Origin: Dimorphilus gyrociliatus
Taxonomy: Eukaryota > Animalia > Annelida
Length of the DNA: 64,000 nucleotides
Direction: 5' to 3'
Assembly (NCBI GenBank): GCA_904063045.1
Contig: CAJFCJ010000001.1
Coordinates: forward strand, 3,100,001-3,164,000
In this document: piece by piece, positions 38,044 to 50,531 of the stretch
How the letters are laid out: every line of letters starts with the position of its first letter
Numbering within the stretch: position 1 is the first letter of the stretch
Translations under genes and position numbers: made by a program
Notes under the pieces: generated by a model
Seen by the model: the letters and a program-made list of their open reading frames with translations, nothing else
The model's database searches: none
Told to the model about the DNA's origin: nothing

Positions 38044-39767
38044 TTATAAAAAATTAACAAAGAATTTTCCTGGTTTTAACACCAGATCAAAGTCCCATTT
38101 GTCTGGTTCATATATTAATGTATCGTTCTCTTCGTGGTCTTTTGATACAATAGTAAATCTGTGCAGTAAGTATACCATTGCCAAAAGTATTTCTTGCTGA
38201 ATTTCAGGATAAGATCGATGTCCAGCGTCAAAAGGTAGAAAACTGTGTTTGATTGTTTATTAATAAAAGATAAAAGAAAGAAATAGAAATTAATTTACAA
38301 TTTTCGACATCCTTCTCCCAGGGAAAGGAGAGTTCCATCATCTCTAAGGAATCTTTCGGGTCGAAAACAATTCGGATCTCCCCAAAGTTCTTCATTTTTA
38401 TTTATAGCCCCAATGTTTACAATAACAATAGTATCCTTTTTAATAGGATATCCTCCTAGTGTAGTGTTAGTTGTTGTTTTATGAGGTAATGATACTGGTA
38501 CATGATTTATCCATCTTATAACTTCAAACACTACTGCATTAAAGTATGACATTCTATCTCTTTCATTATAATTTGGAATGTTATTAGTGCCAATAATCTC
38601 ACTAATTTCATCAGATACTTTTTTATAAACATCAGGATATTTTAACATTAATGCAAAGAACATTTGAAAAACAACCCAAGAAGTTAGATAACCTAAAACG
38701 TAATTTAACTTGTTATTAATAATTTCACTCTTCTATAATTCTATACCTTTAGATATTGCATCAAAAATCAGCATGAACCTTTCAGAGTTATCTTCGTATG
38801 ATCCTGTAAATATTTCATCGTGTTTCTTACCCTAGTTGAATAATATTTAAATATGATATAATTAGAATATAAATGAATTTTTTGGCTTTATCAACCGAAA
38901 TTGTAAAAACGTACTTTATATTTCTTAAGTAAACTAATTAGTGATTTATCTCTTTGGTGTGTAAACTTTATCATTTTCTTCATACTTTGCGTTGCATAAA
39001 TATTATATAACCATGGAAATTTATTATATGGTATAAGTGTAACATCCATGAATAAATGACCAAGTTCAGTTATAGATTCTTTTAACTGAATAGCTTCTTC
39101 GTCATTTATATCGATTCTCCTGCCAAACATCTTTTTTTTATCAAGTAAAAAAGGATAACTTATTAATAGAAAGCAATCAATTTATACATACACTAGCCAT
39201 TACGATATCAAAAGTAAGATTTTGAAATAGCATTGACGTTTCCACTGCTTTATTTTGACATAGAAATTCATTCGAATAATCGTCTAAAATATCTAAAGTT
39301 AAATTTCTTATTTCTGCAATAAATTCATTATTGTCGTTATATTTAAAATTTTTATTGATTAAATTCTTTGAATGTTGAAAATTTTCATCGATATTGATTT
39401 CTATCGATAATTTATTCATAAATTGTTGAGGACTTTCAACAAACAAGTCTCTTCTTGTTACGAGCACTTCTCTAGCATCTTCGTAACTACATATAATAGT
39501 ATACTCTTTGCCAAAGATGTTTATGATAAATTCATTTTTCGCTAATAATTTCCACCATGCTGTCAATTGCCTATGAAATTTTTCATAATCAATAGCAAAT
39601 ATATGTCCAAATATTGGATATTCAATTTCGGGACATCTAGGTAGTGCACTTTTTGATTTAAAGATGAAAAAATACACAGCGAATACCGATACTATAAGCA
39701 AAATAAAGTCAAAAATATCGACATTTAATACATCGTACTCCATTTCTAGTGTTAAATATGGCAACAT
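38044..39767 (-). pseudogene. Cytochrome P450 copy 2, probably disabled
   Basis: Same five-exon layout as its neighbours, but the heme motif reads FDAGHRSYPE (Cys to Tyr, codon at 38209-38211) with a frameshift just after (~38203); exon 3 is shortened; exon-2 acceptor is A-rich. Confidence 0.75.
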
Positions 39768-39991
39768 ATATTTTTCAATACTATATTGTAGTTCTATTTG
39801 TTATTCATTCTATTTAAAAATGAATGTTGAAAGAAAAAGAACAATTTTTATCTTTTACCATTTCTTTATGATCAACTAAAGAAATATCGAATCTTGATAA
39901 AAAGACAAGTGTCCTCAGAAACAGTCGTAACCTAGAGAACATCCTAGTTTGACTTTGACAGGATTTGATAAGGAGAACGTAGAAAAACATT

Positions 39992-41729
39992 TCATTTTAG
40001 GGAAAACTTTGCGTAAAACTTGCCAGGGCGTAAATCAAGGTCAAAGTTCCATTCCTTAGGTTCATATGTTACTTTACTGTTCTCCTTATGACAAACCGAA
40101 GTTATATTGAATCTCTGCAGGAAATAAACATACATTATAAACATAACATGATTGATGAATGCTTTTCCAGGACAAGATCGACGTCCAGCACCAAATGAGA
40201 GAAAGCTGTATTTGTTTGAAAATTTAAACTTATCAACCAAAAGCAGTAAATTAAGAATAATGACTTACTATTTTCTGCATTCTTCCTCTGGCTGTAGAAG
40301 TGAGCCATCTTCCTTGAGGAACCTTTCAGGTCTAAAATTTTCCGGATCGCCCCATATATCTTTATCTTCAGTCAAACTAAGATAGTTGACGTATATGGTT
40401 GTATCTTTTTTAATAAAGTATCCCATGAGATTTGTATCTGCTACTGTTTTATGAGGTAAAAGTAGAGGAACATGATTTATCCATCTCATAACCTCAAGAA
40501 TAGTTGCGGATAAATACGGCATATTCTGTTTATCGGTAAAAGTTGGAGGTCTTGAAAATCCGATGACTTTTTCAATTTCACTTAGAACGTTATTCTTAAC
40601 ATTTTCGTGTTTTAACATTAAAGCAAAGAACATCTGTATTACTATGGACGACGTTCCATAACCTGTTTAAAAAACAAGCTTGAATATTTACGATATAGGT
40701 ATGCGTATATTAATTATAATTTAGTAAATAACCAGCTATTACGGTATCCATAACAATCATGAAGATTTCAACGTTGTCCAGATATTTTTGCGGATCACGT
40801 AAAATAGATCCGTATAAACCATCTATCTGGAAGAAGAAGAAAAAGCCTCGTTTATATTTTTCATTTGAAAGTAACTATTTAGCTACCGTATAATCTTTCA
40901 AAATCTCTTTTAATAGTCTATCTCTACCTTCTATAGCTGCAATGAGTTCTTTATACTTTTTTGAATGGTAAACGTGTTTTAACCAAGGCAGAAATTCATA
41001 TATCTCTAAATCCACATCAAATAGTAAGCGGGAAAGAGAATCATAGTGTTTCCGAAGCTGTATAAGATTTTCATCATTTAGTGATATTCTCTTTCCGAGA
41101 ATCTGTAATTCATGAAGAAGAAGAGTTTGTCTTTTATTCCATAGAGCCTATTTACTTCATCCTACCTTTGCCATTATAACGTCAAATGTGAGCTTTACAA
41201 ATAAGTCTTGTAAATTAACCTCTCGATCACCTTTCATAAATTCATTGTAATAATCGTTTAAAACTTCAAGTGTAGTGTCTTCAACTATCTTTTGTGTCAT
41301 AGAATCACTTTTCATATGCTTAATTAGCATTTTTTTTCTATATATTAACCTTTCGTCAAAATCTGACAATGCTATATCTCTTCCACCGTCTGTTGCCAAT
41401 AATAAGAGTTGTTTAAGAGGTCTTCCGGCAAATTGATCATCTCTATTTATAAGAACGTCCCGTATGCCTTTGTAATTACTTACAACAACTATTTTCTCTC
41501 CAAGAATATTTAATTGAAAGATTCCATGTTTAGATAATTTTGACCATTCAATTAATTGCCTGTGAAGTTTGTTTGCTTTTATTGAAAATAGATGACCAAC
41601 TATTGGAAAATGAAAGGCATTGCACAGAGGTACTCCCCTATTTGGCCACAGATTAACAATGACAAAAATAGTTAAAACAATGAGTAAAAGATAGAATAAG
41701 ATTTCAGTTAATGTTGATGGATAAAGCAT
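39992..41729 (-). CDS. Cytochrome P450, clan 2, copy 3, intact
   Basis: Five phase-consistent exons; I-helix IAGYGTS, EVMR, NFRPERF, FGAGRRSCPG. Confidence 0.9.
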
Positions 41730-42168
41730 TCTGAATCTAGGTTAATAGCTTGATTAAATCTGAAGATGCTTGCCAGTAGCAAGTTCAATACCAATGTTTG
41801 ATTTAAGACTACAGGTAGTAATAACTTATTACTTAGTTAATATTTATCAATAACCTTGACCGCCGCCATTTTATATTTATTTTGTCGTAATTTTCAATAT
41901 TGTACAGGAAAAACAAGTGTTTGTAAAGTTTTTTTTACTTAAAACTTTCAAAATATTCTATTTACACTAATAGAACAAACTTATTTTCGTATATATTAGA
42001 AAAAGAATAGGCAATTTCAATGCATTTTAGACTTTAACCCTAACTTTAGAAATTTAATGTTAAAAAGAGAAAAGTTCGATTGTGTATTTATACTATCTAT
42101 TATATAATTTCTAAGATAGGTATGTAAGAAATTATCCTTCACTGAGGGTTTTTATTAATAGTTTTATT

Positions 42169-44031
42169 CTATCTTCGAGAAACTTTGACAAAAAATTGAT
42201 CTGGGTGAAGCACTATATCGAAATCCCATTCGTTTGAGTTGTATATGTAATTTTCATCGTTCAAATCTTTTACATATTCAAATTTATATCTTTGTAATAA
42301 ATAAATAATGGTAATAAACATTCTCTGCTGGGCTAGACCTTTTCCAGGGCATACTCTTCGTCCACCTCCAAAAACGAATAGGCTATTATAAATAATAAAG
42401 AGATAAGATGATTTAGTGATTTATTGAAGCGTTTAATTAAGTTATTTCGAAGGGATAATTACTATTTTCTGCATCCTTCATCTGGTGCCATTAAAGTGCC
42501 ATCTTCTCTGAAAAATCTCTCGGGTCGAAAGTTGGATGGATCACCCCAAAGTTCCTCATTATGATGAAGGTCTCGAGTATTAATTATAATTTGCGTGCCT
42601 TTCTTAATGAAATAACCCTGTATAGTGCTATCAATCATAGCTGAGTGAGGTATAGGATTAACGTGACGAATAAATCTTAGGCTTTCCCAAATTGTTGCTT
42701 CTAAATAGGGCATGTTATTCTTTTTTAAATAATTAATTGGTTCGTTAAAGCCCATAGTTGTTTCTATTTCGTTTATAAGCTTATTAAGAACCCTGGGATG
42801 TTTCATGAGGAGAGCGAAGATCATCATGATACTAACGGAGGACGTTGTATAACCTGTAGAAATAGAAATATCAATCAAATTGAAGGATTAATAAGAAAAC
42901 ACTTTAATGTAAAAGCGGTGTATAAAAAAGTTTGTTTATATTATTTACCGGCCAAGATAGTCTCCATGGCTAACATGAAACATTCATCATCGTCTAGCTT
43001 ATTGTCTCTCTCCTGCTTTCTTTGTTCTTGTAAGAACTTATCATATAAGCCCTGTTCTCCTAAGATATTACCCAATTGCTCTTCCTAAAAAATATAATTG
43101 AATAATAAATAATACAACAAGCTAGATATAGTATCATTTGAATACACTACGGAACTGGAAAACTTACTCTAACTTCCTTAAGAAAGGATGAGAGATTAGC
43201 ATCTCTATTTTTGATAGCCTGTTTCATCTCTTTGTATTCCTTACTTTGATAAAAGTAGGTTAACCATGGAAATAAATCATATATGGCTAATTTTTGATTA
43301 AGGAAGCATTTATTAATTGTTGCGTAAGATTCCTTAAGTTCTTGAAGTCTTTGATCATGAATATTTACTCGATGTCCAACCAACTAACATATTTTTCGTA
43401 TATGCAAATTAAGGTAATTAGCTTATATAGGAAAAGACTATTTTCATATTATTGAACTTACAATAGCCATTATTATATCAAACATAAGATTAATTGAAAA
43501 TTCATGGAAATCGATTATTTCATTTTTATCGAGCACTCTTCGACTATAATCTTCAAGGACATCTAGGGTGACCTGTTCAAGTTCAATATTCTTTTGATCG
43601 TGAACTTTAATCGATTTCATTAATAATTTCTTTTTCTGGATAAACCTATGGCCAAAATTATCAAAGGCTACATCTTTACCTCCTCTTGTTGTTAAACTGG
43701 TTCTTAATAGTTTAGCCCTTCCGCCAAGTTCGTCAGACTTTGTTATTAAAACCTCTTTGATTGCTTCATAACTGGATACAACTACACTTGTCTCGCCAAA
43801 GATGTTTATTTGATAAATTCCTGTTTTTTTGAAGTTATTCCCCCATTCCGTTAATTGGCGATGAAATCTTTTAAATTGGACGTATGGCGCATGACCAACA
43901 ATTGGAAACGCTAATTTTGGACATTTAGGAGCGTTTGTTCTTCTCGAAAAGTAAAATTCTTTCAATATAATAAGAAAAGTAATACTAATTGCCGTGTAAG
44001 GCGTTAGAAGAGCAGAGAGGAACGAATACAT
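42169..44031 (-). CDS. Cytochrome P450, clan 2, copy 4, intact
   Basis: Five exons; I-helix LAGYTTS, ESLR, NFRPERF, FGGGRRVCPG; stop at 42169-42171. Confidence 0.9.
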
Positions 44032-44879
44032 ATCTCAAGTGTAACTTCTCTTCAATCTTTATATATTCCCAAAATTTATATATAACTACTCTCTATAATG
44101 GACAATCTTTATAACAACAGATTCTAACAACAGATAGGCTAAATTTAACATAAAAGGAATTAAAGCGCCGCCTACATTAAAAATAAATTACTACTTGGGG
44201 TTAGCGAACCCTTCCCGTAGAGTTTCTGTATATTAAAAAATATGAAAGATGGATTAAATATAAATCTTTTTTACCATTACAATAAATTAGATTAATCTTC
44301 ATTGCGAAATAATCTGTAATTGATCAATAATAATAAATAATTAACTAATTAATTAATTAAGAAGATTTCATTCCTTTCTTTATACGTCGTTGTTTTTTTT
44401 TCTTTTTTATCTTCAAAGATCAAGTTTTGCAAATGAAACGAGAAAAGTAAAATTTCAGTAAAAAGGAATAAAAAAACAAGAATTGAACGAAATAAAAAAA
44501 TAAGTAAAAAAAGCTATTCAACTTTCTTGAATAAAATTCAAAATATTAATGCTATATATATACAGTATATATATACGGTATATGTTTTACCTAGGCCTAT
44601 ACATCGAACAAAAGAAAACAAACCTAGATAAAAATTGCTTACAACTGAGTCTTAGTAAACTATACACAGTATATAAATTATATATATATATCAGATATAT
44701 ACATATATATATGTAAATCAATAAAAATATCTTTTTTTTTTATTCATCGATTTTGCTTGAACAGCTGAAAAAGTTGTAGAGAAACAATTTCACATTATAG
44801 AAACGGCGTTTAGATAAGCAAGATATATATATATATATATATATTTATATGTTTATACCGTTGAATATTTGTGCCATCA

Positions 44880-45923
44880 ATGTCTAAGGTAAGGGAACTT
44901 ATTAATAGTTTTAAGAAGAAAGTTGGATTGGAGGAAGTGATTATTCTATCGGAATTTAGAAAAAAGAAACTCTTGGATGAATTTCATACATTTTATGGTA
45001 AATTTATTATTTTATTTATTATGTAATAATAGTTTTAAGAGTTAAAATTGTAACTCTTAATTTAGATTCTAATAAGAATGGCTGTATTGAATGGAAAGAC
45101 TTTGTTTTAGCTAGAGAAGTAATTGATATATTTTCTAATTATAATAGGTTTATTATTTAATCATCTATTTTTAGAATATATGTAAAATGAATGGATGGAA
45201 ATTAGGATCGGAAAAGTTCATGTATGTTCATCAAGTATTTACTAAATTATGGCAAGAATTGAATGTTAGTTAATAAATTAAAAGCATTTTGAAAATTGAT
45301 TTCTTTCTTTTTTTTGTTATTTTTAATTAATGAACACGTGCTCTATAACAACAACTATAAAAAATTAAGGAATGCGCTGATGAGAATACTGATGGTAAAG
45401 TCTCAACAGATGAATGGGTAACCTATATAGTAACATATTTAATTAATGGTTCTATTCATCATGTTGTTTTAGTTAAGCTTCTGGCTAAAAGATTATATTG
45501 AACTTAAAGAAAGACAGAATATTGAGGCCAAAAAACAAAAAAAGAAACCAAATGAAATTCATATGAACATTTATGAAAACGTTCCCGTTTGGTTAGAAGA
45601 CTATATTCAATACAAATTTAATCTACTCAATAGAACTGGTGATGGTATTGTTGACGGGGACGAATTCGAATATACTCTAGGCCTATTTGACATACCTGCA
45701 AAAGATTGTCGAACAGCATTCATTATGCTTACAGAGGTAAATAACTATTATAAAAGATTATACAAATAACACTATTCGTTATCTTTTATAGAACAATTCA
45801 AAGAAAATCAATTTTCCTTATTTTCGAAAATTAGCCTTACAATATTATAGATCAGACGACGAAACAGATGTTGGAAACTTTATTAATGGAAGATTAACAT
45901 TTTCAGATGAATTAGATAAATAA
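44880..45923 (+). CDS. Calexcitin / sarcoplasmic calcium-binding protein-like EF-hand protein
   Basis: Six exons: LSEFRKKKLL..FHTFYDSNKNGCIEWKDF, ADENTDGKVSTDEW, NRTGDGIVDGDEF, YYRSDD..GNFING. Confidence 0.88.
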
Positions 45924-46050
45924 ATTCTACAATAATAGAAGATAGATACTCTTTGATTCTTCATTTTTTACTTACTACGAACAAAGAAATAAAGGAAACT
46001 ATACGATAGAAACGAATAAGAAATGTAAGGGCATAGAGAACATGTATGTG

Positions 46051-46086
<36 letters not shown>

Positions 46087-46743
46087 ACATCTACAGTATT
46101 ATACTGTATGTCTATATATGAATATATAGAAACTATATGCGTAATTGATTATTGGATCATTTAAAAAGTAAATGTCTATGAATGTAGCATCTGTATTCTT
46201 TAATAATAATAAATAGTGTATATGTAACGACTATTAAAAAAGTAAAGAATGAACAGATGTATCTCCTTTATATATCTATTTTCTCCTCAATCTCTTTCAT
46301 TACTCTTCCTTCCTTCCTTCCTTCCTCCTTCTTCTCTTTCGTATAATACGAATATAGTAGTATTTTTAATCGTTACCAAGGATTTGTATGAAAATAAATT
46401 GTTTACTATAAAAACTTGTTACTTGTTTAATTATTAAAAGAGTTATTTATAGAATGAATTTATTATATTTAACACTTAATGGGAAAATTTGTTACCGGTT
46501 TGTTGAACGATGCAATCAACAATTGCGTATATAAATTTATCTCTAGTATTTTATTTACTGATAGTAGACCTAATATCACTTAAGTCGCTTAAAGTATTAC
46601 GAATACCGTGTATGTTTAAGAGGATGATTTAAGAGAAGTTTCCTATTTATCATAGCTTATTAAAATAGTTAAACTGTAAGAAAAGTAATTTTAATGCCAG
46701 AATAGATATATGTTTTATTTTTCTTTTCTTTTATGTTTAATAA

Positions 46744-49160
46744 TTATTCTTCTATTGGAACAACTTCCATTAGCAACTGCAAAGATGCTGTAAAAGAATC
46801 TATAGGAAAATAGAGTTGGAATTTCTTCCTTATGAGAGATAATTAAAGAAATAAACTTACTCATAAAAGGTAAAGATTTCTTGAAATAACAAAATGGAAT
46901 ATAGAAAAATAATCCACCGAGAATGATAATTGTTGCATACAGAAATTCAATTCTTGGTTTGTCAATTATTGGCGCGACAAGAAGGCATAATGAGACCATA
47001 ATTAAGATGATTGGTACGAAAATAGGAACTTTGTAGGGGCTATTTTTAGATGAAATATTATTATTGTTATAGCTCTTAATAACTTTCTATACAGTATACT
47101 TTCTAATTAAGAATTACTGACCGTGGCACATGTTTCCAGCGCCATCTTAAGATTAATACTGTAACCAATGTTAATATGGAAAATATTCTTGTACTGAAGC
47201 CGAAGAATCTAATTAGAGAGCCGACATTGCCAGGTATAAGGTAGATTAAACATAAAAGGGTTGAGAATATCAATGATGGAATGGGTGTCAGTCGCTTAGC
47301 GTGTATCATACTAAGTATACTTATGAAATGGCCATTTCTGGCTGCTCTATGCATAAGTCTATTGATAAAAGAGGGAGAAAATAGGGAATGAGTGTAGTTT
47401 AAAATTCTATATTTCATTTAAAAATAATAATATACACACCGACTAGTACCAAACATAATACCATTAGCAGATCCAAAAGTTGATAATGCAACAAAGATTG
47501 GTATTAACCATTTAACGGGTCTTATAACAGCTTCGGCCCATGTCTATATTTAACAGTTATTAGTATCTTCAATAGTTATATTTACATGGACAAATTTTCC
47601 TAGTATTTGCACTTAACATGTCTTACTTTAAGAACAAGTAGAATCTAAGAAACTGACTTTATCTCTTATCTAAATTATTATCAAGTAGTACGATATCAAA
47701 TGCTAAATATATATACTTACTACGGCTACCGCTGGAGAATTTAACAATTTAGATGGTGACATTACGGTAAAATAGCTAATATTCATCAGAACATAACATA
47801 CAATAACCAAAGGTATACCAAGCATAATGGATCTTGGAAGATTCCTTATTAAAATGAAAAAATTCAATTATGAATATTCATTCCCTTTAAATGATCTGTC
47901 TAAATTCATACTTGTGAGGTTCTTTGAGTTCTCCTGTTGCGTAATTTAGGTTATTCCTTTTTTATGAGAAAGAATAAATAATTTATAGATATATAATTAA
48001 TTATTAATTAATATTTACCATCCATCATAGGACCATAGACCGCTATATATACCGAGGGCAATTTTACCAACATTTGTAGTTGTTCCCTTAAAACCCGATT
48101 TAAGTGAATCTGTATAACCTTGACCGAGCCTAACAAATCCTCCAATAATTATCATAAATACGGCTAACAATTTTGCTACAGTGAATATAACTTGAATTCT
48201 TGTTGCCAATTTAACCGAATAGCAATTTATAGCGGCTAAAACAACTGAAATTAATGAATAACCATTTAAAACGATAAACTTGTACGAATAGCATACGAAT
48301 AGACTTTTTAGAAGTAGGTACGATAAAGATTCTCATGTGCATTATCATCATTACTAGATGATAACAACTATAGTTTTTCTGTTATTAAATAAATACTATA
48401 TACAGTATAAACAGATAAAGAAATACTTTTTTTAACTCTTTAAAATATCTTTAAGTACTACTGTACTTTCAAAATCTTTTGACTTTAACCAAGAGCGTCT
48501 AATTACACCTTACTCCTTACTAAAAATCTTTCAAGAACCGGAATTTACTTAAGATAACAGCGGCAAGAAGTTTTTTATTAAGTTCCGGTGGTTCTCCGCA
48601 CCCATCTTCGAATGGTAAAACCAATAAATATTCCGAGCATGTCAAAGCTATGATAGCTAAACCGGCTGGTTTAAGCAATAAATTTAAACTCCAAATTGAT
48701 AGAAATGCCGGAGCTTCTCCAATTCCAACTAAGATGTAGGTATATTCGGCTCCATTTTTGGGTATAATCGTTCCAAGTTCAGTCATGCATAAAGCACCTT
48801 GAAGGTAGGAATTAATTAAAGGAATCATTTAGTTAGTTTTCCTTTCATTTTAAATAAACCTCCTAAAGCTATCAGTCCACTGAGCAGCCAACAAATTAGT
48901 GTAAAACCAACCGATCCGGCTCCATTAAGTACGCCTTTTGGAGAGATAAAGATTCCAGAACCTTTAAGGGTAAGTAAGTGACAGATAAATGAATGAAACT
49001 AATTCTTCGCTTTGAAAAGTTATCAAAAAGAATTTTCACCTATCATTGCTCCAACAATAAGTGAAGTTCCAGACACAAAACCCACTTTTTTCTTAAGGGT
49101 AACTTTATCATCTTCCCTAGGGACGGGATTGTTCCTCGGGTTATGAATTTCGTCCGACAT
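46744..49160 (-). CDS. SLC7A9: SLC7 light-chain L-type amino acid transporter, b(0,+)AT-like
   Basis: Multi-exon: [52 protein letters not shown]-terminus [12 protein letters not shown]. Family is secure; exact orthologue is tentative. Confidence 0.85.
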
Positions 49161-50504
49161 AGCGGCTATAAATCTAAAATTTAACTAAAAGAAAGACCAC
49201 CAAAAGTTTCCAAGGACAATAAAGAATGATAATTTAAAAGTTAATTGAGCTAATGTTAAATCTATCATAATAATTTATAGTGTATTTTTAATATCAGGCG
49301 ACCAAGCCTTATCGAACTGTCGACTAAAGTCTCCACTCGGCCAAGAATAAAACTACAGATAAAATTCTCCTTGTTTTCATCTCATTTTTCAGTATATATA
49401 TAAAAAGATTGTATATTTTTTTTCCATATAATAAAACTTATAGATCATGTACTGCAATTAAAAACTGGAAAAGTAAAGAAAGATTCTAAAAAGGGATATA
49501 AAGGCAGCCGGGTACAGGGGAAAGGGAAATTTGCATTGAATATTTTTACAAAGTTTCGAAAAACTATACAATACGGATAATTGATTGAATGTTTAGTATA
49601 TAGAATTTAGTTTAATAGACTTTATTGTTTATCTTCCTCTATAATTTCCCAAACGAATATTTCTTTCAATATTAACTTTTTCTTTTTTTTCTTTCATTTC
49701 AAAATATCTCTCATTCCCTCCTACTCTTCCTTTCCCTCCCTTAGCAGACTTTAGGACAAGTTGTTTCATTAGAATGAACTACTATAGCTATGCTCCTCCC
49801 TTCACTGTCAAAAAGACTAACACTTTTGTTGGTGCATTACATCAGCTGAATTTTAATAATCCTTAGAGTTTTTCAATCATTTTCCCTTGATAAAATCAAT
49901 AAATTTATTTTTAATATCATAAATTTAAAGAAAAGATATCCCACATTAATCTAATTTCTCTTTGTAAGCTTCAAGTTAATTTTGGACATTCTAAAAGGTA
50001 TACTTTGACGATTGAAATATAGATTTGGTTTCCTAGAATCGAGCTCATTATTTTTGAAAAAATAGGGATCTACGTGCTTATCATAATAATGTTTTTCCTT
50101 TTAGCTTAGGTAGGTCGGATGACAAACAAATCTATATACAAAATCGTTAACGTATAATAAGATTTATTGAACACAAGGCCATAGAGACTATAAATTGCGT
50201 AATTTTCCATATAAGCTGACATTTCTAGGGGTTCATCAATCGTAGGTAACGATTTTAATATCAGATAGTTTACTAATGAAAGAAAAATGACTATATTTAC
50301 AGTATTAGCTAATATACTTTCTAAACACAAAAGTCTTCTTTTCAATGCTGTGTTCGTCTAATTTTGTAACATAGCCACTTGGCTCTTGTCCCAAGATTAC
50401 AATTCTATCGACTTTTAAATCCCTTGTGCCTAAATAGTCAAACTAGAGCATATTTACTTCAGCATATCCTAACCTATATTGATATATTTATCTCGACAGA
50501 TGTA

Positions 50505-50531
50505 TACAGTCCCCGGCAAAAAGGAAACTGG
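50505..50531 (+). mobile_element. Orphan Tc1/mariner-like terminal inverted repeat end
   Basis: TA|CAGTCCCCGGCAAAAAGGAAACTGG resembles Tc1-type termini (TA target, then CAGT..AAAAAG). No partner TIR or transposase found. Confidence 0.3.

Noticed and set aside
44889-44915. Apparent 27-nt GTAAGG..TTAAG micro-intron in the calexcitin gene
   Set aside because: Length is a multiple of three with no stop and below the local intron size range; reads through as coding.
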